A stretch of 64,000 nucleotides of DNA. Origin: Tubiluchus corallicola (taxonomy: Eukaryota; Animalia; Priapulida). Position 1 is the first letter of the stretch. Each line of letters opens with the position of its first letter. The stretch lies in the NCBI GenBank assembly GCA_030141605.1, contig JAQGDQ010000725.1, positions 22,115 through 86,114 of the forward strand, in the 5' to 3' direction. Under the pieces are notes generated by a model. It worked only from the letters and a program-made list of their open reading frames with translations, did no database searches and was not told the origin of the DNA. Shown in pieces: positions 55,300 to 64,000 of this stretch. Both the position numbers and the translations under genes were made by a program.

Positions 55300-56310
55300 T
55301 ACAAACAGTACTACAACCAGATGAAATGCACATTATTACAATTCTAGTAAAGGATGTTAAATTTACGTAAAAGTTGGGAACACCTTAGGAAGAAGTTTTA
55401 GCACGAATATTGGAGTCCCCCAGGGGGACTGTCTTAGTCCAATACTTTTCTACCTAGCAAATGCACTTAAAATCCAAACTCCTCCAAATGATCATCATGA
55501 TTACGATACCAGTGTTTGTGATAACCTTCCTCAACATATTCTGGATCATTCCTATCCTGTTTTGGAATCCTATGAACCATAACTTATTGATCAGCAATAC
55601 GCAGACGATATTAGATGGATTAGTGTATCAAATTTTCAAATTAACATAATAAAAAGGGATTTTTCAAAAAAAGCTAGAGAAAAGAAATCTTCAACCAGTC
55701 AAAGCAGAAGAATATTTTATTGCAAGAGATGGTAATCAGTCTTGGAAAAAGTGCAAGTATATTCTAAACACTGAAGAAGATATTAAAAGCAGAAAGCAAC
55801 AAGCAATGCATGCTTTTCTTCAGCACAAGAATGTATTAACTAGCAAGAAATTAAGTCTTAACGTAAGACTTCAATTATTTAATGCATACGTTACCAGCAT
55901 ATTTATGCACAACAGTGAAACTTGGTGTTTAACGATTACTCAAGAAAAGCGGATTGACACATCTCACACAAGCCTTCTAAGCAAAGTTTTAAAGATAAGA
56001 TGGCCATACATAATCAAAAATGAAGATTCATACACCAGAACAAAAGAAATTTATTGGAGTTCAAAAGTCAAGATCCGAAGATTAAGATGGCTAGGACATC
56101 TTCTACGATTACCAAATGAAGCGCCAGTAAAAATCACCTTAAAGGAAGCCTTAAAACTTTGCAAAAAACCACCTGGCAACCCAAAAAACACCTTGGATAG
56201 CTAAGATAAATAAATATATTCAACAACTTTAGCCAAATCTATCTTTAGGAGTAGAAGACTTACGCTGTTAGCTGCAGATAGGAGTGAGTGGAATGCGCTA
56301 ACAAATTTTA
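55300..56310 (+). pseudogene. Degenerate RTE-group reverse transcriptase fragment
   Basis: GVPQGDCLSPILF (~55410), QYADDI (~55595), NSETW and RRLRWLGHLLRL motifs with frameshifts. Confidence 0.85.
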
Positions 56311-57420
56311 ATTGCTCAATATCTACAACAAATGGAATGAAATTCAAGAAAGACTCCTAAATAACACCTACGAATGTTTATCATTGCGTTAAAATCGGTT
56401 GTAATTATAAACAGGTTTTTTCTTAATTTCTGTTACGATCCAAAGCCTAACTTCGCAAGCCTTGCTGTATAAACAAAAATTCACCATTAGGCCAATACAG
56501 TATCGCAGCACTGATTAAATTTAGTGGAAATTAGATTATTATTTCTGGACGCCGTGGCATATATTAACCTAATTATTTAAATGACGTTAATTGAAAATAG
56601 TAAGATTATAAAGACCGATCATTGCTGTTAATAGACAGTGATAAAATAACTTTATGTACAGACACGAGATGAACATATGGGCTATCAGGAATACTATGAA
56701 AATACCATACGTATGGTTTAAAAATATTATAGTAAATAAGAAAATTTAAAAGACACAAAGTTCGTGATACAGTCCGAGGGTACAAGATGATACTTCTTCA
56801 GTTAAATACACGTTATCTTATACATTACTAATTTTACAAAAATACCTACACGACAAACACTAACATTCTGTGATACGAAAAGGGTAAAAAAGTTGTAAAT
56901 AAACTTACGGTAAAGGTAATTAAATCTATTAAAACGTAGGTATTAAAATTTATACTGAACATAACTTGTGTGTTTTGTACAGACACTAAAGATGGAGCTT
57001 GACAATCTAGGGAGAATCTTTAAAATAAAATTAAGTTATCATTAAGCTTTTTCGTACTTCCAGTGATTAATGATGATCGTGAAAAGGTCAAAGGTTAAGT
57101 GTACCAGACAACGCTTTTGTGTACACTTGACAACGCCTCACACCCCATGTTGGTCTTGGTGTTGTTGCTTCAATTATATATACTATACAATTACTTACTA
57201 TACTCTTAGTTAGCACACTATTTAATTTTACGTGAATTTTTACTATTTTTGGATAAGAATAACATGTTAGTTTAAAACTAACAGCATTACTTAAACGATG
57301 CAATGTTTTTTACTTAGTTATATGTTTACTTAGTTACGCGCGTGTGAACAACGAAAGTGTGAAAAGGCTTGTTACTTTTATAATAGCCAAATAAGGATTT
57401 CGTCTCTATTATTAAAGCAG

Positions 57421-57454
<34 letters not shown>

Positions 57455-57860
57455 GTAATTTCTGGTTAGAACTTCTGGTAAGATCTTATTGAATTTAAGC
57501 TTGAAAATAAGATGTCTGGGCTGTCTGACTGTACACCACAAGTAGTTACTTACTCTAAATATTTATAAAGTCAATGAGGGAAATATATTTGGTTATCTTT
57601 CAAGATCCTAGCTATATCTAATGAAAGTCAGGTATGTTTGTCGGTTTAATTTTTATTTTTTCTTTATTAGTAATTTTATTTTTTGTTTTAATTTAGTTCT
57701 TAATGCAGTCTCTTCATGTTGTTGTAACATCTAATTTTTTATTATTGTGTATTCCGGTGTAGTTGAAATAGTCCAAGAGACCGAAAGCTCCTGAAAAAGT
57801 AAAGAATTTTTGAGATTTATGGGCATTTGACTTCTTCTGAATTTAAGCTGTTCGAAATAA

Positions 57861-58345
57861 ATGCATAGCCAGTATGTGAATCAATATTTCGTGTTTATGA
57901 ATCCGACTTTCCAACGTGTCAAGTGTGTTTCATTTTTTTGCAAATATATACTTTATATTTATCATTTACATCTTTTGAAGTATATGTAAAAAGCATGCCT
58001 AAAACATGTATAAAACATGTGTAAAGTATATACATACATGCATAGCCAGTATGTAAATCAAAATTTCGTGTTCATGAACCCGACTTTCCAACGTGTTAAG
58101 TGTGTTTCATTTTTTCAATAATATTTACTTTATATTTGTCATTTACATCTTTTGAAGTATATGTACAAAGCATGCCTAAAACATGTATAAAACATGTATA
58201 AAGTATATACATACATGCATAGCCAGTGTGTAAAACAAAATTTCGTGTTCATGAACCCGAACTTCCAACGTGTTAAGTGTGTTTCGTTTTTTTAATAATA
58301 TATACTTTATATTTATCATTTACATGTTTTGAAGTATATGTATAG
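57861..58345. repeat. ~177-bp tandem repeat, ~2.7 copies
   Basis: ATGCATAGCCAGT at 57861, 58038 and 58216. Confidence 0.9.
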
Positions 58346-58694
58346 AGCTTTTTCCGTTAGAGTATTAGAGCATTATGCTTGCATGCATTGCATTTCGCCC
58401 TGCTTGGAATGATGAACGTCTTCTCTGCTTCCTGATGAAGATGGACGAGAGATTAGTGTCCCTTCTATATTCTGCGTGATACAAATGACTCTTGTATATA
58501 GACCACACGCTGTAAATTGTCGCTGTATGAAATGGCCGTTAGCTAGTCTAGTTCCGAAAAATCCTGATCTGTTTTTGTAATGGAGCAAACAAACAATCGT
58601 TGCAAAACAGTAAAACGTTATCCGAATTCTTAGTTCGTGCATTATTTTGCATCTTTTCTATTGTTTTTGTTTGAAAGATTTCTTTGTCGAGAAC

Positions 58695-60400
58695 AAGACA
58701 AAATTCTGCACAGTGCTTTCGGCACTAAAGACTAAATTCCGTACAGTGTTTTCGGCACTAAAGACTAAATTATGCACAATGCTTTCAGCACTAAAGACTA
58801 AATTCAACACAGTGCTTTCAACACTAAAGACTAAATTCTGTACAGTGCTTTCGGCACCAAATACTAAATTCTGCACAGTGCTTTCTGCACTAAAGACTAA
58901 ATTCTGCACAGTACTTTCGGCACAAAAGACTAAATTCTGTACAGTGTTTTCGGCAGTAAAGACTAAATTCTGCACAGTGCTTTCGGCACTAAAGACTAAA
59001 TTCTGTACAGTGTTTTCGGCACTAAAGACTAAATTCTGTACAGTGTTTTCGGCACTAAAGACTAAATTCTGCACAGTGCTTTCGGCACTAAAGACTAAAT
59101 TCTGCACAGTGCTTTCGGCACTAAAGATTAAATTCTGTACAGTGTTTTCGGCACTAAAGACTAAATTCTGCATTAAAGGCTAAATTCTGTACAGTGCTTT
59201 CGGCACTAAAGATTAAATTCTGTACAGTGTTTTCGGCACTAAAGACTAAATTCTGCACAGTGTTTTCGACACTAAAGACTAAATTCTGTACAGTGTTTTC
59301 GGCACTAAAGACTAAATTCTGTACAGTGTTTTCGGCACTAAAGACTAAATTCTGCACAGTGCTTTCGGCACTAAAGACTAAATTCTGCACAGTGCTTTCG
59401 GCACTAAAGATTAAATTCTGTACAGTGTTTTCGGCACTAAAGACTAAATTCTGCACTAAAGGCTAAATTCTGTACAGTGCTTTCGGCACTAAAGATTGAA
59501 TTCTGTACAGTGTTTTCGACACTAAAGACTAAATTCTGCACAGTGCTTTCGGCACTAAAGACTAAATTCTGTACAGTGTTTTCGGCACTAAAGATTAAAT
59601 TCTGAACAGTGCTTTCGGCACTAAAGACTAAATTCTGTACAGTGTTTTCGGCAGTAAAGACTAAATTCTGCACAGTGCTTTCGGCACTAAAGACTAAATT
59701 CTGTACAGTGTTTTCGGCACTAAAGACTAAATTCTGTACTAAAGGCTAAATTCTGTACAGTGCTTTCGGCACTAAAGATTGAATTCTGTACAGTGTTTTC
59801 GGCACTAAAGACTAAATTCTGCACAGTGCTTTCGGCACTAAAGACTAAATTCTGTACAGTGTTTTCGGCACTAAAGACTAAATTCTGAACAGTGTTTTCG
59901 GCACTAAAGACTAAATTCTGCACAGTGCTTTCGGCACTAAAGATTAAATTCTGTACAGTGTTTTCGGCACTAAAGACTAAATTCTGCACTAAAGGCTAAA
60001 TTCTGTACAGTGCTTTCGGACTAAAGATTGAATTCTGTACAGTGTTTTCGGCACTAAAGACTAAATTCTGCACAGTGCTTTCGGCACTAAAGACTAAATT
60101 CTGTACAGTGTTTTCGGCACTAAAGATTAAATTCTGAACAGCGTTTTCGGCACTAAAGACTAAATTCTGCACAGTGCTTTCGGCACTAAATACTAAATTC
60201 TGCACACTGCTTTTGGCACTAAATACTAAATTCTGTACAGTGCTTTCGGCACTAAAGACTAAATTCTGTACAGTGCTTTAGGCATTAAAGACTAAACTCT
60301 GTACAGTGCTTTCGGCACTAAAGACTAAATTCTGTACAGTGCTTTCGGCATTAAAGACTAAATTCTGTACAATGCTTTAGGCACTAAAGACTAAATTCTA
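58695..60400. repeat. 33-bp minisatellite (CTAAATTCTGYACAGTGYTTTCGGCACTAAAGA), ~52 units with periodic 19-bp truncated units
   Basis: Direct repeats; short units CTAAATTCTGCAYTAAAGG near 59161, 59444, 59727 and 59977. Confidence 0.97.
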
Positions 60401-60548
60401 TTATCACGTCGAAAACTTGAATTTAAGTTTTGATTCGTTTGTTTATTTTCTGCTCAGATAGGAAGGGAGAGACATTGTATCAAATTAAATTTATCTAAAA
60501 AGTTCTTCTCGAAAAGATTTATGATTAATATTTGGTGATTTGGTGATT

Positions 60549-60871
<323 letters not shown>

Positions 60872-61787
60872 TTTATTTAAAATTTGAAATTATACACATG
60901 TACAAATATTTACATAATGTACATACAGTGACCGTCCATTTGCAGGTATGGTTAAAAAAAACTTTTGTAAATAAAAATAGCTGTTACATTCATAAGACTT
61001 TTATATACCAATAAATCACGGATTTCGTACCTCAAAATAATATAAGAACAACTAAAATCAAATAGCACTGTTTACACAAAACGACCTGTATAATCTAAAA
61101 GTGACTAGAAACAGAAAAATTAGATGTCTACGGATTTGTTCTGTTACGCAAAGTTCAATATTTTATACTAAAGTTTGTAAAAACGAATCACAAACTAACT
61201 CAGTGAAAGCATCTAGCAGGTCTTTGTCACGAGCGGTATAAATTTTACTAATGTTTTGAGATTGTAGGATATTTGCGAGCGCTAATCTTTTATTTTCATC
61301 GACCAGAGTACAATTAAAAAGCAAATGTTAAACTGTTTGTGCTTCCTCTGAACATATACAGGCATTTTCATGCATGTATCCAATTTTACAAAGAAAATCT
61401 TTAAAGTTGCCTTGTCCTAGTAAAATACTACAAGATAGTTTTTCTAACCTTCTGCTACCTGTATGAAAAGGAAGGTCTAGTGGAGTTAAAAATACATTTT
61501 CAGGAAGAATAGATAACTCCTGGCATTGGTAGCGAGTACGGCATCTATTTTTCCATAGGTGTAATATAAACTGCTCAATATATGGTATAGGAACATGTAT
61601 ATTAATTATAACACATCTTCAGCTTGTCATCCTTAGTTTAGATAACCTTCTCTGCTCCATAAATATAACTTGGCAGGTACTTTTGCCTGCAGATTTAAAG
61701 GTAAAAAGAGAATTTTAATGCATGTCCCCAAAAATTTAAACACAAGGTTATATTACGTAGTGTTACACTTAGCTGTCTGAAAGACTT

Positions 61788-64000
61788 ATGTTACTAGCAG
61801 AAAGAAATTTCTTAGCAATTTAAAATGTTCGTGCATTCTGGTAAAATGCCACTGTGTCACCTTCCCAGTGTGCACCACTGACACACCAAAAAGATATAAT
61901 TAATCATATAATTAATCTTATAGACAAGATAAGGCAATTTGTACTTTTTTCGCTAGTGAAGAGTGTGCTGCGAATGCCCTGATGATTTTTTAAACCTTAC
62001 GTTGCATCTAACGGTCGTCGCCGGCGTTTAAATTTACAAGTTTTAATCAGCGTTACTGCTAGTGCAAGCTCTGTATGCAATAAGATAGCACGCAAGTGAT
62101 ACAAAATTTCAGGACGATTTTTTTAGGTTTAGGTAAATAAATATTGTTCTTGTCCTTCACTATTTCTATTGAATTGATGGTAGCTAAAATTACTGCATAA
62201 TTTTACAATACAACAACGTAAAACACAACATGCAAAAAAACAAATTACCAAACACAGCGAATTAAACAATTTACGTTATAAATAAATAAATAAACAATCA
62301 CGCATTAATTATAGCAACATCAGATCTTTAAAAAGCCAAATTCATATGGGTTAATCTCTTATGCTCTAAGTTTTGTAAATCATTTTTAAATATCCCTAAA
62401 GTAGAGAAAATTATGCACTAATTATATATTTACAAAAAAGTCAAAGTAATGAATAAACGGACTAGTAGAAAAGAAATAGATACAGTAATAGATAGCTAAG
62501 TGTTTGAAAATAAAGTTAATGGAATTGAACTATCTTGCACATTAAGAGAAGGCTTAGTAGGCTAATATGAATATTACTTTCGAACTGTAATCATTTACTT
62601 TGAACTATGCGATTTATACAAAAGATGATTAGATTTAAACATGGATGACTATGGCTTCAGATTTCAGACAATTTATGCGCAAGTCCGTTATGTATAACGA
62701 AACGTTGTAGGCTTACAAAAACTTCTAGTTTCCTATCAGAGGCTTGAATGTATTAGTATTATCGATTTTTGTATAACATTTTGTATAGTGTATTTATTAC
62801 CATTAATTCTATTATCGATTTTACATAAAATTCGTCAGTTGACCTTGCTTTTTGACTGTATATTTTGAAGTGATTTCTTGTATAACTCCAAATACATATT
62901 ATAATATACTAATATATATATAATATATTACTATTACAATGTTTTTAATATATATTACAATGTACACCAGGCACTTTCTTAAAACACTCTTCATGGATAA
63001 GTCTTTAAAAACTTATTATTTTATGTCACTTATAAGCTATCTTATTGCATACAGAGCTTGTGTTGGCAGTAGTATTATATGAAACTTGTAAATTTAAACT
63101 CCAGCGATTAAGTGCAGCCATTTTATCAGTAAGTCGAACGGGTTTAGATAACAATGAGTAAATTTTGAAAAAACTAATCAGAGAATTCGTAGCACATTCT
63201 TCACTAGCTATGCAAAAGTATAAATTAGTGTATCTTGTCAGTGAGATTAAAATAAGGTTTTTAGTGAGCCAGTGATGCACACTGGGGAGGTGAGTCAGAG
63301 ACCTTTTACCAGTTATGTATAACAATGAACTGAAGTAGCGTGAATTTGTCTTTATTTTGAAAAAAAGTGCATTGATAAAATTGCTCTATTTAGGATATTT
63401 AAAAATGATTTACAAAACTTAGAGCATAAGAGATTAACCCATATGAATTTGGCTTTTTAAAGATCTGATGTTGCTATAATTAATGCGTGATTGTTTATTT
63501 ATTTATTTATAACGTAAATTGTTTAATTCGCTGTGTTTGGTAATTTGTTTTTTTGCATGTTGTGTTTTACGTTGTTGTATTGTAAAATTATGCAGTAATT
63601 TTAGCTACCATCAATTCAATAGAAATAGTGAAGGACAAGAACAATATTTATTTACCTAAACCTAAAAAAATCGTCCTGAAATTTTGTATCACTTGCGTGC
63701 TATCTTATTGCATACAGAGCTTGCACTAGCAGTAACGCTGATTAAAACTTGTAAATTTAAACGCCGGCGACGACCGTTAGATGCAACGTAAGGTTTAAAA
63801 AATCATCAGGGCATTCGCAGCACACTCTTCACTAGCGAAAAAAGTACAAATTGCCTTATCTTGTCTATAAGATTAATTATATGATTAATTATATCTTTTT
63901 GGTGTGTCAGTGGTGCACACTGGGAAGGTGACACAGTGGCATTTTACCAGAATGCACGAACATTTTAAATTGCTAAGAAATTTCTTTCTGCTAGTAACAT
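61788..64000. repeat. Long inverted duplication: arms 61788-62395 and 63393-64000 (truncated by the window), ~1-kb spacer
   Basis: Arms read as exact reverse complements; coordinate sums match at both ends (125788), so there is no net indel; each arm includes a MITE B-related copy. Confidence 0.92.
62975..63310 (+). mobile_element. MITE family B-related copy in the inverted-repeat spacer
   Basis: Shares GCATACAGAGCTTG, AAACTTGTAAATTTAAACTCC and GCAGCCATTTT blocks. Confidence 0.6.

Overview
AT-rich, repeat-dense eukaryotic (invertebrate bilaterian-like) genomic DNA; no prokaryotic operons or CRISPR arrays. The only host protein-coding sequence I can support is the homeobox (last) exon of a Hox4/Deformed-class gene on the minus strand (46815-46448). 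Its YPWM exon is not visible, and I see no other Hox exon in the 46 kb downstream. The rest consists of minisatellites, microsatellites, TTAA-flanked MITE families (Kolobok-like and piggyBac-like), 5'-truncated LINE fragments with target-site duplications, SINE-like elements and several long inverted repeats. Most notable: a ~500-bp non-autonomous RTE-derived retroelement whose 5' end is a twister-ribozyme-like fold starting exactly at the predicted cleavage site, a 5S-rRNA-headed element carrying an internal minisatellite, a 608-bp apparently perfect inverted duplication at the window end, and two CpG-rich islands that may be Hox regulatory or promoter elements. All alignments were done by eye, and family assignments come from recalled motifs rather than database searches.
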